A stretch of DNA of 63,630 nt from Candidatus Bathyarchaeia archaeon (GCA_049515895.1 JBEKTQ010000017.1:1-63630), one strand, 5' to 3'; shown: positions 29,197-39,237, counted from the first letter of the stretch. The notes: a model not told the origin generated them from the letters alone. Numbers and translations are program-made.

Positions 29197-29823
29197 TCAC
29201 GCGGGAAGCAGCGTCCAACTTGCAGCGAACGCTCCCCGCTTAGCACGCAACTCTGAATCGGCGCCAGCAACGATTACGACGTCGTTGTTCTCTGGAGCCA
29301 ACTGCTCAAGAATCTGCGCTGCTGCTTTTGGGTAATCTTTCTCTATGCAGTCGCTGACGGATTGAATCCGCAAGTGGCCATCCTTGAAAACAGTGACTAA
29401 AGCTTTGCGGGCACCAGCGATTATGGCGGCGTCCCTCTGGTCGATTCCTGACTTCACCTTGTCTCCGCTGGCTTTAACTAAGAAAGCAAAATTAAACTCA
29501 GATTGGCTTAATTCAGACTTGGGAATTTCAACACGTTTAGGAAAAAAGTGTTCAAACTGACGCCAAGTCTCTCGGCCCTTTTCTGTTAGATTGCAGCCGC
29601 CTTTGCTCGTTTCAAGCAATTCGGCGCTTCTGAGTCTGCTTATTATCGTACGCACCGCTCCGTCGCCAACCATAAGTTTCTTTGCAAGCGTGTTTCTGCC
29701 CAGAGGCTTCTGCGACAATAGCTCCAACGCATAGAAAACATGGAAAACGGTGAAGCTTGTTGATGGTCCTGGAGCTTTTTTCCCCGCAATTTCCTGTATG
29801 AATTTTTTCAGTGATACAGCCAT
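29197..29823 (-). CDS. wHTH + DUF4443-like putative transcription regulator
   Basis: GRNTLAKKLMVGDGAVRTII helix-turn-helix, GIDQRDAAI. Confidence 0.75.
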   Translation of the reverse strand: MAVSLKKFIQEIAGKKAPGPSTSFTVFHVFYALELLSQKPLGRNTLAKKLMVGDGAVRTIISRLRSAELLETSKGGCNLTEKGRETWRQFEHFFPKRVEIPKSELSQSEFNFAFLVKASGDKVKSGIDQRDAAIIAGARKALVTVFKDGHLRIQSVSDCIEKDYPKAAAQILEQLAPENNDVVIVAGADSELRAKRGAFAASWTLLPA

Positions 29824-29876
29824 TTTTCGCACTACTCTAACAATGGTTTCCTAGGTTTTTATAATTTGTCAAAGGC

Positions 29877-30263
29877 TTAGACCGGTCGGCTCCGGTAAGC
29901 AACAGCAGAGACCTCAACCAAGGCGCCCCCCTTCAAGTCGCAACCTACAGTGGCGCGAGCAGGAAATTCCCCGTCAAAGAACTTCGCGTATTCGGCGTTA
30001 AATTGGTCAAATAATGTCATGGAAGAAAGATAAGCCGTTATTGAGACAACCTCTTTCATTGTGTAATCTGCCGCTTCCAAAATGGCTTTTACATTCTCCA
30101 TGACCTGTTTTGTCTGTGACGCGATGTCCACGGCAACCATCTTGCCTTCCTTTGGGTCAATCGGCAGTTGCCCAGATATAAAGAACAACTTGCCCGCTTT
30201 TACTCCTTGACTGTAGGGACCTACAGGTTTTGGAGCTTTCGGGCTGAACGCTATTTTTTTCAT
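29877..30263 (-). CDS. ridA: RidA/YjgF/UK114 family deaminase
   Basis: APKPVGPYSQ, ISGQLP, FPARA, LVEV. Confidence 0.92.
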   Translation of the reverse strand: MKKIAFSPKAPKPVGPYSQGVKAGKLFFISGQLPIDPKEGKMVAVDIASQTKQVMENVKAILEAADYTMKEVVSITAYLSSMTLFDQFNAEYAKFFDGEFPARATVGCDLKGGALVEVSAVAYRSRPV

Positions 30264-30452
30264 CTTATCCCTATTCTTGTTGTGCTCCATTGGGGTTAAA
30301 ATTGTTTTTTGCCTAGAAGCAAGCCCTAGATTTCGTTTATTAGATGCTTATCTTGTAGAAAGATTTTTAAGAAAAACGGCAGGTATCTTATGTTCCTACC
30401 ACATACCAGAGGTACCTACCGCTTTTCAGACACTTTCAAGGAAGTGTAACCC

Positions 30453-31436
30453 ATGAAAACAGAAGAAATCTTACAGAATCCACAAGCACAAGGCATATCA
30501 CCCACATACTTAGCCGAAGCCGAACAAGCAATCAACAAAACAGTGGAACAAACCTTAGCAAACGGAAAATGGCTTGAAAAACGCTACCGCTCAAACCAAC
30601 TAAGCAGACTCAGACGACTCGCAAAACACACAGACATATTCGACGGAAACAAAGTTCACGCCTACATACAAGCCATAAAACTCAAAAACAAAACAGACGC
30701 AACAGACAACTTCAAACTCGGATTAGAAAACACCTACGCACACTTCGCAGAAGTCAACAACATAGCATTTAAAGTCGTCAACCTACAAAAGAAATCACCA
30801 ATACCAATCATACCATCAACAGACGACGTAAACCTAATTCTATATTCACTACCGCTAAAATGGTATGTACCACTCGCAATAATGGCAAAAACAGGAGCAG
30901 AAGCACGAGAACTACAACTCACCAAGCAAAACCAAATCAACCAACAAACAGGACAAATCAGCATAATAGGCACCAAAAAACACGACAACGGACTATACAC
31001 ACTTGAACCCGACTTAGCTAAAGCACTAAGAAACTACTTAGCAACACACACAGAAGAATACCCATTTCCAGACCCAAGAAACTTAGGCGACGCATGGCGA
31101 CGAGCAAGAAACCAAAAAGCAGAAGAACTAAACAAACCAGACCTCAAAAAAGTACCCATGAAAAACCTACGCAACTACGCAGGCGCAGTATTCTACCTAA
31201 CAATGGGCAAAGACCCAATCGCAACAAAAAACTTCATGCGACACAAACGATTAGAACAAACAATGGACTACCTACGAGGAATACCAGAATTCATGGCGAC
31301 ATCAAAGAAAATAGGAAAAATCGTAAGCACAGCCGAAGAAGTATTAGACCTAATACTACAAGGCTTCAAAGAAGAAGCCATAATCCAACAAGGAACACCA
31401 CAAGAAAAACACATACTATCAAAAGTAAACGTATGA
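30453..31436 (+). CDS. int: Tyrosine recombinase/integrase
   Basis: KTGAEARE (box I, atypical), GTKK, KNLRNY, FMRHKRLEQTMDY (His...Tyr). Confidence 0.85.
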   Translation: MKTEEILQNPQAQGISPTYLAEAEQAINKTVEQTLANGKWLEKRYRSNQLSRLRRLAKHTDIFDGNKVHAYIQAIKLKNKTDATDNFKLGLENTYAHFAEVNNIAFKVVNLQKKSPIPIIPSTDDVNLILYSLPLKWYVPLAIMAKTGAEARELQLTKQNQINQQTGQISIIGTKKHDNGLYTLEPDLAKALRNYLATHTEEYPFPDPRNLGDAWRRARNQKAEELNKPDLKKVPMKNLRNYAGAVFYLTMGKDPIATKNFMRHKRLEQTMDYLRGIPEFMATSKKIGKIVSTAEEVLDLILQGFKEEAIIQQGTPQEKHILSKVNV

Positions 31437-31590
31437 TAACCACAGTAAGGAATCCCTATGATACTACCAACATACGTAACAAGTCCAGACTACAACCTAA
31501 CCAAAGATGAGGTAACAACACTCATCAGAATAATGCAAGCCAATCCACTCAAAGCTGTCTTTATCAACCAAATTTTGCGGTTCGCTCTGC

Positions 31591-31660
31591 TCGCTACGCT
31601 CGCAACCGCTCCCACGACAACAAACACAATTAGAAAAACAAAGAAAGCACCAAGAGAAAA
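31591..31660. repeat. Cassette-boundary repeat R1
   Basis: cgctacgctcgcaaccgctcccacgacaacaaacacaattagaaaaacaaagaaagcaccaagagaaaa. Confidence 0.88.
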
Positions 31661-31762
31661 CAAACGAAACCCCAACAAAAACAGACAAGCCCAAGTTTTT
31701 TAAGCGCGCACGCTAAGGAACGCAAAGAGGCTTGATATATAGGATAATGGGAAAGCCTCGAT

Positions 31763-32149
31763 TTACTTGAAAAAAAGTGGGTAAATGAACCTTAGTGCTA
31801 AGTAAGTGGTGAGAACCCAGATAGAGACAATCAAGCATGCGATAACCCATTTAGTTCTCGTTCTAATATGTTCAACTTTTGCTTTCAGTCGATATTCTTC
31901 CATCACATTCTTCGGTATCAACTTAATAACAAACGAAATGCCAGCAGGCACAATTATCAAATCATCTATTAATCCTATTACGGGTATGAAGTCTGGAATA
32001 AGATCAATTGGGCTTATTGCATATCCTATAGTCAAGCCTCCAAGCACCTTTGCATACCAAGGAACTCTTCGGTCTTTTATCGCTAGGCAGACCGCATAAA
32101 CTTCCATCTTTAACCGTTTTGCTTTTTCTTTCCAAGACTCTTTTGGCAT
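31763..32149 (-). CDS. YkvA/DUF1232 family membrane protein (cargo)
   Basis: PWYAK, YAISPIDLIPDFIPVIGLIDD. Confidence 0.92.
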   Translation of the reverse strand: MPKESWKEKAKRLKMEVYAVCLAIKDRRVPWYAKVLGGLTIGYAISPIDLIPDFIPVIGLIDDLIIVPAGISFVIKLIPKNVMEEYRLKAKVEHIRTRTKWVIACLIVSIWVLTTYLALRFIYPLFFK

Positions 32150-32284
32150 TTCACATGGTTCTATGACAGGCACCAATTTAAGACAATCGTTTCAGGGATT
32201 ACCATCATATGAAATTCTTTCTTATGTTGGGTCACTTAACTTAACAGTATCCCCCTTGACAAACCTTTTTAAGCGTCGTTCTCG

Positions 32285-32354
32285 TCGGCTTCGCTCCGAA
32301 CCGCTCCAACGACAACAAAACAATTAGAAAAACAAAAAGAGCACCAAGAGAAAA
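32285..32354. repeat. Cassette-boundary repeat R2
   Basis: cttcgctccgaaccgctccaacgacaacaaaacaattagaaaaacaaaaagagcaccaagagaaaa. Confidence 0.88.
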
Positions 32355-32462
32355 ACCTAAACAAGCTAAAACAAACACAAAGGTAATCGAAAATACAATG
32401 ACTTAATTGATATTCAATTCCCAAACCCCAAAAAGTAACAATTTTCACAATAACGAATTTTT

Positions 32463-33251
32463 CTATATAAACTCGTTTTTTGATACTCCAACAAAGATTA
32501 CGCTTAATATTGCCAAAATAATCAAAGGCATACCTATTATCATTCCAGAGTACCAAGCCCCCGCGAATATTCCAAACTCCAAAAACGAAAAGAATCCCGC
32601 TACTAATAGAAGGCTTATGCCGACAATGGACAACGCAAAGTGGTTTCGCTTAATCGAGAATATTCCTCCTGCAAGCCCTAAACCAAAAGCGATAAAATTC
32701 CATATTCCAACAAAAAGAGCAAAAACCAAGTAAGTCAAGTTTTGTTGGAAATAATATAAGTTAGTATAACTTGCTGCCTGTGCTATTGCTAAGAATGCAG
32801 TAAAGATGGTAAAGCTTGCAGTAATTATTGTTAAGATTCCCCCTGCTATAGGAAAACCAGTCTTATGCAGCGTTTTTGCTTCGGGGGTAGTGTAGGATTT
32901 AGTTGGCTCCTCACTAACGCGGGCATTTTCAAATAAATCCTGTTTCTCTTGATCAAGGGACTTGTTCCATAGAGAAAAGATCGCATAAATCACGGAACCT
33001 GCCATAATCATAAATCCAATCACGATGAACATTTCTGACAGGGGATTGTACAAACTGATTTTTTGTGATTGATACCCATTTAGAGACGCTTGATCCGACG
33101 CTATTTGGGCATCCGTTAATCCGTTCCCCTGAAGTTGAAACTGTAAACCCGCAATTTCTGAATTAATGATTAAATTGATCGCAAGACCACCAATCAGAAA
33201 AACTGCACCTATAGCAAAAATTGGAGCGAAATCTTTCCAATTCATAGCCAT
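32463..33251 (-). CDS. Multi-pass membrane protein (cargo)
   Basis: About 6 hydrophobic helices; own TATA-like box upstream on the minus strand. Confidence 0.8.
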   Translation of the reverse strand: MAMNWKDFAPIFAIGAVFLIGGLAINLIINSEIAGLQFQLQGNGLTDAQIASDQASLNGYQSQKISLYNPLSEMFIVIGFMIMAGSVIYAIFSLWNKSLDQEKQDLFENARVSEEPTKSYTTPEAKTLHKTGFPIAGGILTIITASFTIFTAFLAIAQAASYTNLYYFQQNLTYLVFALFVGIWNFIAFGLGLAGGIFSIKRNHFALSIVGISLLLVAGFFSFLEFGIFAGAWYSGMIIGMPLIILAILSVIFVGVSKNEFI

Positions 33252-33316
33252 AGCGCTCTATTTGTAAGCGTCAATATAAAAAATCGACGGTGTTTAACAA
33301 TTTTCAGCACGCGCTT

Positions 33317-33367
33317 TCGTCGCTTCGTTCCGAACCGCTCCACGACAACAAAAACAATTAGAAAAAC
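33317..33367. repeat. Cassette-boundary repeat R3 (shorter)
   Basis: cgtcgcttcgttccgaaccgctccacgacaacaaaaacaattagaaaaac. Confidence 0.85.
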
Positions 33368-33529
33368 GTGGGCTACCCAAAAAAGGAGTCGTAAAGCGTC
33401 GGTAAAAGCTATAATGAACTTAGCAAAACAATTTCACTTTCACTTCTCTCCTCTGCTCCAATTGTATCATTATTCGCGTGTTTTAAATAGCCCTTGCGAA
33501 AATAACGCTGAATTGGGGAGATAATCAGC

Positions 33530-33946
33530 ATGTCCTTCAACCATGAATTTAAAACCCCTTCTGTAGATGTGTCAAGAATTTTTGGGTTTCAGATAACTGC
33601 GTTTCCACCAGTCAAGCCAAAATTTACAAGTTTAGAACGGAGCTTTAATGCGATTGACCTCAAATTTTATGAAGATGGACAAGGAGGATATTACTTGGAA
33701 AGAATATCCTCACCTCTTGAAGCAAAGGTGATTTTATCTCCTAACCTCTGGGATGAAGGAACGAAAAATTGTGAACTCACCTTTACTTATACTGACTTGG
33801 ACTTAAAATATAATCAAAGAAAAGAAGTAGTAGAATTTGGAGAAGATATTTCTTCCCTAATAAATTGGAAGCACAAGATTGTTTGGTTCACCGATGATGG
33901 TGATGTTACCGTTTGGAAAAACAGCGATGAAAAAAGAACAAAATAA
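33530..33946 (+). CDS. Hypothetical cargo protein
   Basis: 138-aa ATG ORF with ggggag upstream; composition not skewed. Confidence 0.6.
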   Translation: MSFNHEFKTPSVDVSRIFGFQITAFPPVKPKFTSLERSFNAIDLKFYEDGQGGYYLERISSPLEAKVILSPNLWDEGTKNCELTFTYTDLDLKYNQRKEVVEFGEDISSLINWKHKIVWFTDDGDVTVWKNSDEKRTK

Positions 33947-34105
33947 CTCTATTCACAAGACGAGAATCAATTTCGCAAAGCAAAACAACATCAACCAAAT
34001 AACACTCTGCAAAGACTGCGTAACTCAAACCCATATCAACCTCAAAAGAAAAATACCAGTATCTTACACAGAGGACTGTTAAAGTCTTTAGAATAGTGAT
34101 GTTGG

Positions 34106-34489
34106 ATGAATCTAATTGAGATTGCAACTCTTGTGGCTGCGGTTGGTTCTGTGATTGCTGCCGTCACAGGTATTATAGCTCTTTACAAAACATCTAGAGA
34201 GGAAAAAAATCATTTTGAACTTCTAAGGGGAACCAATCCTCCAGAACCTCCAAATGCCAAATTGGGACTAGTGATTTCTCACCCGACAAAACCCATAGAC
34301 GAGTGCAGAGTATTCTATAACAAAACTGCCCTCAATATTGCACAAAGCAATCCAATTAGACAACATACGTACATACATGTTGGCGGTATGGCAGTATATC
34401 GCCTACCTGAAAATGTTGACGACAATGGAAAAATCACGGTAAAAGATGGAAAAACGACACTTCTAAAAATCAAGCTTGGAAAAATTTAG
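34106..34489 (+). CDS. Hypothetical protein with N-terminal TM helix
   Basis: 127-aa ORF with hydrophobic N-terminus. Confidence 0.65.
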   Translation: MNLIEIATLVAAVGSVIAAVTGIIALYKTSREEKNHFELLRGTNPPEPPNAKLGLVISHPTKPIDECRVFYNKTALNIAQSNPIRQHTYIHVGGMAVYRLPENVDDNGKITVKDGKTTLLKIKLGKI

Positions 34490-34652
34490 ATACTCCAGAT
34501 TTTTTACATATCAGATGAAATTTCACATTAACCACGAATCCAAATAGAGACTTTACAGACCCCCAGTTCTAAAACGCCAAAGATGTTAAAAGCTGCACAA
34601 AAGACCAACCAGCTAAAGAAAATATCAAAAAACCAAATATGGGGAACATAAT

Positions 34653-35138
34653 ATGCCTCAAAAACGAAAATTCACAGACCAACAATTCTTAGAACTATAC
34701 GACAAAAACTTAAGCTTAGGGCAAATAGCAGAGATTCTGAAGGTATCAAAAGCCTCCGTCTGGAGAAGAATGGTCAGGCTCAAAAAAATGCCTAAAAAAC
34801 CACAAGGCAAATCAAACCTTGAATTAAGCCTCGAAAAACTAAGAGCTAACGACAAAAAACAAAACCAAAAGCCAGAGAGGTTAGCAGCAAAAAAAGCCTA
34901 TGGCAAAGAATACCAGAAAGAATACTATAAAAGACCTGAAGTGAAAACCAGAAGACAAGCCCAAAGGAAAGTCACAGAGCACTCAGCAAAAAGAAAAGAA
35001 TATAAAAAAAACTACAATAGAGACTATTATAAACGACCAGAAGTCCAAGCCAAACGGAAAGCCCGTCAGCAAACACCAGAGAATAAGCAAAAGAGAAAAG
35101 CAGCCTACTTGAAAAAACGTGAAACTGCACCCGTTTAA
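34653..35138 (+). CDS. HTH DNA-binding protein with basic repeated tail
   Basis: SLGQIAEILKVSKASVWRR helix-turn-helix; YYKRPEV occurs twice. Confidence 0.75.
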   Translation: MPQKRKFTDQQFLELYDKNLSLGQIAEILKVSKASVWRRMVRLKKMPKKPQGKSNLELSLEKLRANDKKQNQKPERLAAKKAYGKEYQKEYYKRPEVKTRRQAQRKVTEHSAKRKEYKKNYNRDYYKRPEVQAKRKARQQTPENKQKRKAAYLKKRETAPV

Positions 35139-35546
35139 AACTAATAAACAATAAGCCGATACGCAAAGCCGTTTACGCAAAACCGACAAACGCACAGCCA
35201 ACAAAACAAAGGGGAAGAACAACCCAAAACGACCAAAAAACCCGAGAGACCAGTTACCAAATGACCAGCACACCGCCAATATAGAGCACGCTTAAAGGTG
35301 CTCTCAATCAACATAACGGCGAATGACAGTTCGTCGCAGACATAAACCCCATGATTTTTGCCAAGAGAGCAAATGGCGAAAATCAAAAATCATGGCGTAT
35401 TTTGGAATTCTGGTATGCCGTAACTCGGCAATCCTTCAAATTCCAAAAGGTTTATTGTCTGCTCCTCAAAATGCTCCCCACAGTATCCCAAGCCGTTCGC
35501 AATTCCTAAACCTTGCTCACTTCGGCTTGAGAAAAATCCGTTTTCC

Positions 35547-36104
35547 ATGAAAACAGACCGCCCTGATGGGCTTTTTTCTCAATCCTCTCTTGGAATAGTG
35601 CTCGCAGAAAAGGGGATGAGCAAAGAGCGTGAGCTACAAATGCACGTAAATAGATTAAAAACCGTAAGCGAGTACAAATTCCCACAAAAGTTTTTTTCAA
35701 AGAACGTCAAAGCAACGTATTGGATAAGCATCCTATACGAGCACCTTAGAGAACGAGGAACACAAAAATCGTTCGAAAACCCAAATTGGCACGCAACTCA
35801 CCAGAACTTCAACTACTACATTCCCGAAGAAAGCACGTTCCCAAGCAGAATCAGACGACAAATTCCCGATACTTCAGGACTCCAAAAATGGAGAAACCGC
35901 CAAATCATCAACGACAAAGTAGCACCGTACAAACGGTACCCACTCATAGACGACTACTGCCCCTACTGCACAGGCGAAACAGGCGCAACGCCGACAGGAA
36001 CAGCTTGGTACATCAAACTACCTGAGAAACGAGATGACCCATGCGCCAACTGCCCAATCTACAACGAACTACAAGAAGAACGGGAACGGTTAGCCCAAAA
36101 CTAA
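35547..36104 (+). CDS. Hypothetical element protein with C-terminal zinc finger
   Basis: CPYC...CANC; A/C-skewed codon use. Confidence 0.65.
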   Translation: MKTDRPDGLFSQSSLGIVLAEKGMSKERELQMHVNRLKTVSEYKFPQKFFSKNVKATYWISILYEHLRERGTQKSFENPNWHATHQNFNYYIPEESTFPSRIRRQIPDTSGLQKWRNRQIINDKVAPYKRYPLIDDYCPYCTGETGATPTGTAWYIKLPEKRDDPCANCPIYNELQEERERLAQN

Positions 36105-36209
36105 CCGACCTTTTTTATGAGAGGCAACTGCGAAAAAAATAGAGGAATTTCCCAAGGGTTGAGGAAATTCCCTCAAAACAAAAAATTAAATGGAGTGTGA
36201 AAAGAAAAA

Positions 36210-36419
36210 ATGACTCAAGAAGTAGAATCTGAGTTTAGAGGAAACGTACAAGTGTACGGTAGCAACCCATCCGAAAATATCGGGAACGCAAAACTGTTCA
36301 AGGTGAAACAAGAACAAGGAAAGAACCAGCCATGCCTAAAGGGATACGTAGCAATAGACCCAGCTAAACTCGTTAAGAAAGCAGACGGAAAACTGTACGC
36401 AAATATCAACTTCTGGTAA
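36210..36419 (+). CDS. Small beta-rich protein, possibly ssDNA-binding
   Basis: 69 aa, ggagtg upstream; LFKV...KNQPCLKG pattern. Confidence 0.55.
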   Translation: MTQEVESEFRGNVQVYGSNPSENIGNAKLFKVKQEQGKNQPCLKGYVAIDPAKLVKKADGKLYANINFW

Positions 36420-36904
36420 GTGGTAGCCCTATGAGAGCCTACCACTACCAGCCAACGAGCGGGAGCAAATCACTACCACGCAAAGGAGTAACAAAACGGG
36501 AAAACCCGAAACAGAACACAGAACACAAAACAAAACAAAAAAACAATAGGGGTACCCTTAACAAGACATCCAGAAATCAGCCTCAAACGATGAATTCCAG
36601 AAGCAAGCGTAACGCAGTCACCCACCAAAAAAGTGAAGCGACAGCGCACCCCTCAGACATAACCAAGAATAGTCAATACCCCCGTAAAATCCACCAGCCA
36701 AACCAAACAGAGGGAGACAGCAGGCTCGCCCGCAGTAAGAGGGCAAAAGACTGTAAGTTGAAGCCGCGTCCCCTCCAAAAACCTCCAATTTTAGTAAAAA
36801 TAAAATCTCAGCCGAAGTGCTCCCCTCTGGTCGAGGGAGCACAGGCGAGAACGCAGTAAGAAAGGCAAAACTAAAAGGAAGTAAAAAATGATGGAGTTGA
36901 AAAA

Positions 36905-37135
36905 ATGGATAAAGAATTAAGAGAAATAGACTATCGGGTACACCCTTCAAGTATAGAGCAGAACTACAAGTCAAAAGCAGAAACAATATGCAACGACTGT
37001 AACTCCGCTCAACTCAAAGAGGTATGCCCGATACTCAAGGCAAGCCAAAGGCGAGCCAAATATCCAGAAAACCTGTCCAACAGAAACGGAGAAGATATGA
37101 AGAATACCTTAAAAGGAAGTATAGCAAATGAATAA
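36905..37135 (+). CDS. Small Cys-containing hypothetical protein
   Basis: CNDC...CP; ggagttga upstream. Confidence 0.5.
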   Translation: MDKELREIDYRVHPSSIEQNYKSKAETICNDCNSAQLKEVCPILKASQRRAKYPENLSNRNGEDMKNTLKGSIANE

Positions 37136-37223
37136 AGAAGAACAAAAGATACTACAAATCTATAATGCCTTCTATGGCAGGTATCTTATGTTCCTATAAC
37201 AACTTGAATGGAAAAAGATTCCT

Positions 37224-38402
37224 ATGAGAATAAACGGAAAATACTTATTCACTTCAGAGTCTGTGGGCGAAGGCCACCCAGACAAAGTGTCAGACCAAAT
37301 ATCCGACAGCGTACTAGACGCAATTTTCACCAATGATCCCAAAGCAAGAGTTGACTGCGAAACCCTGGTTATGCAGGGCACAGTTATTATCACAGGTCAA
37401 ATCACCACTTGCACCTACGTTGACATCCCAAAAATTGTCCGCCAAACCCTCAAAGAAATCGGGTTTGACAACGCTAAAGACGGCTTAGACTGGGAAACCT
37501 GCGGCATTCTGGTGTCGTTAACGGCGCAATCACCCGACATTGCCATGGGCGTAAACGAATCGAAAGGTCACGAGCAAGGCGCTGGCGACCAAGGCATGGT
37601 TTTCGGCTACGCAACAAACGAGACAAAGGAGCTTATGCCTTTGCCCATTATGCTGGCGCATAAACTCGTTAAGCGATTGGCGGAATGTAGAAAAATGAAG
37701 CTTATTCCGTGTCTGCGTCCAGACTGCAAGTCTCAAGTTACAGTGGAATATGCGAATGGCAAGCCGAAATGCGTAAAAACCGTGGTGATCGCCGCACAAA
37801 ACAACGGCACTCTTGACGATGCAAATCTCAAGAAGGAAATTATTGAAAAGGTTATCAAAAACGTTATTCCCGCTAATATGCTGGCTGAAGATGTAAGCTA
37901 TGTCATCAACGGAACAGGAAGATTCGTTATTGGCGGAACCTTGGCTGATTCAGGATTAACAGGAAGGAAAATCATCGTTGACACGTACGGCGGGGTTGGG
38001 AGCCATGGAGGGGGATGCTTCAGCGGCAAAGACCCGTCAAAGGTTGACCGTTCAGGCTGCTACATGGCAAGGTACATAGCAAAAAACATTGTTGCCGCTG
38101 GGTTGGCTGACCAATGTGAAATCCAGATTTCCTATGCCATCGGCGTAGCCCAACCAATCTCTGTGCTGGTAAACACTTATGAAACTGGCAAGCTGCCTGA
38201 CTCAAACATTCTCGAGTTGGTGCAGAAGAACTTCGATATGAGACCCAAAGCCATCATCGACCAACTGAACCTGCTAAGACCCATCTACAAGAAGACCGCG
38301 GTCTTCGGGCACTTCGGAAGAGAAGAAGCTGACTTCACATGGGAAAAAACGGATAAAGTCGATGTCCTCAAAAAGGAACTGGAAAACGTCAAAAAACCGT
38401 AA
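37224..38402 (+). CDS. metK: S-adenosylmethionine synthetase, bacterial/eukaryal type
   Basis: [49 protein letters not shown]. Confidence 0.97.
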   Translation: MRINGKYLFTSESVGEGHPDKVSDQISDSVLDAIFTNDPKARVDCETLVMQGTVIITGQITTCTYVDIPKIVRQTLKEIGFDNAKDGLDWETCGILVSLTAQSPDIAMGVNESKGHEQGAGDQGMVFGYATNETKELMPLPIMLAHKLVKRLAECRKMKLIPCLRPDCKSQVTVEYANGKPKCVKTVVIAAQNNGTLDDANLKKEIIEKVIKNVIPANMLAEDVSYVINGTGRFVIGGTLADSGLTGRKIIVDTYGGVGSHGGGCFSGKDPSKVDRSGCYMARYIAKNIVAAGLADQCEIQISYAIGVAQPISVLVNTYETGKLPDSNILELVQKNFDMRPKAIIDQLNLLRPIYKKTAVFGHFGREEADFTWEKTDKVDVLKKELENVKKP

Positions 38403-38433
38403 ACCAGAAACCTCATCTTCCTTTACTGAAAAC

Positions 38434-39237
38434 TCATTTTTCAAAGACGGATTTTCCGCCGTGCTCTTCAACCAAACTGGCAAGGTGACACATTGCTTTC
38501 TCCAGCATTTCCATGGGTTTTTCTTCCTCTTTCGCCGCGACAGTTAAGTGGATTTCAATGTGCGGCTTGTTTTCGGCGCCCATAGGGTGCGACTTAATGT
38601 AAACTCCTTTGTTGGCAACCATCACTTTATCAATCAGCGGCGCCAACTGCGACTCCATGATATTATCCAAGAACATGCTTCTTTCACAAAAGACTCTGTC
38701 GCCCACGGCTTCTTTGAGCAGCGGCGCAATGGTCTGGATAAAAATTGCTTCCATCTCTGAAGGCACACCAGGCAGCGCAAACAAAACCGTTCCGTTTAAA
38801 TCCACACAGACGCCCGGGGCAGTTCCGACTGGGTTGTTTATTGGCTTGGCGCTTTCTGGCAGAGTAGCCATTTTGACTCTAGCCGGCGTCATTTCGTCTT
38901 GAGGCAGGTTTCTTTTTTTGGCGTATTCGACGTATCTTGCTTTTACCATCGCCAGCGCTTTTTCGTTGATTTCCAATTTGCGGTCAAACGCCTTCGCTAC
39001 CCCTTCTAAAGTTTTGTCGTCAAAAGTGGGACCTAACCCTCCGGAAGTCACGATAAACTGCGGTTTTCGCGCTACAGCTTCCTTGACGGCTTTGGCTATT
39101 TCGTCGACAATGTCTTGGATAACCGTTATACGCTTAACGTTTACTCCAGTGTTTGTTGCTTGTTTTCCCATCCAGTAAGCGTTTGTGTTAACTGTTTTGC
39201 CGATTAGCAGCTCGTTGCCAATGCAAATTATTTCCAA
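38434..39237 (-). CDS. CinA-like / MoCF-biosynthesis-domain protein
   Basis: IGNELLIG..VNTN, SGGLGPTFDDKT, GTAPG, LPGVPSEM. Confidence 0.9.
   Translation of the reverse strand: MEIICIGNELLIGKTVNTNAYWMGKQATNTGVNVKRITVIQDIVDEIAKAVKEAVARKPQFIVTSGGLGPTFDDKTLEGVAKAFDRKLEINEKALAMVKARYVEYAKKRNLPQDEMTPARVKMATLPESAKPINNPVGTAPGVCVDLNGTVLFALPGVPSEMEAIFIQTIAPLLKEAVGDRVFCERSMFLDNIMESQLAPLIDKVMVANKGVYIKSHPMGAENKPHIEIHLTVAAKEEEKPMEMLEKAMCHLASLVEEHGGKSVFEK

Larger units (their letters stand above)
30378..37196. mobile_element. Integrated element (~6.8 kb) inserted in the metK promoter/leader
   Basis: Perfect 21-bp direct repeat ggcaggtatcttatgttccta at 30378-30398 and 37176-37196; integrase at the left end; strong A/C skew inside. 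Confidence 0.9.

Noticed and set aside
31094-31703. ORFs 31094-31510 and 31458-31703, and likewise 36431-36859
   Set aside because: Probably by-products of T-poor skewed DNA with few stop codons; they overlap the integrase or the repeats and have no motifs.
31591-33367. R1-R3 as a CRISPR array or canonical attC sites
   Set aside because: Spacing is ~0.7-1 kb with whole genes between copies, no cas genes are present, and there is no attC palindrome or core sites.
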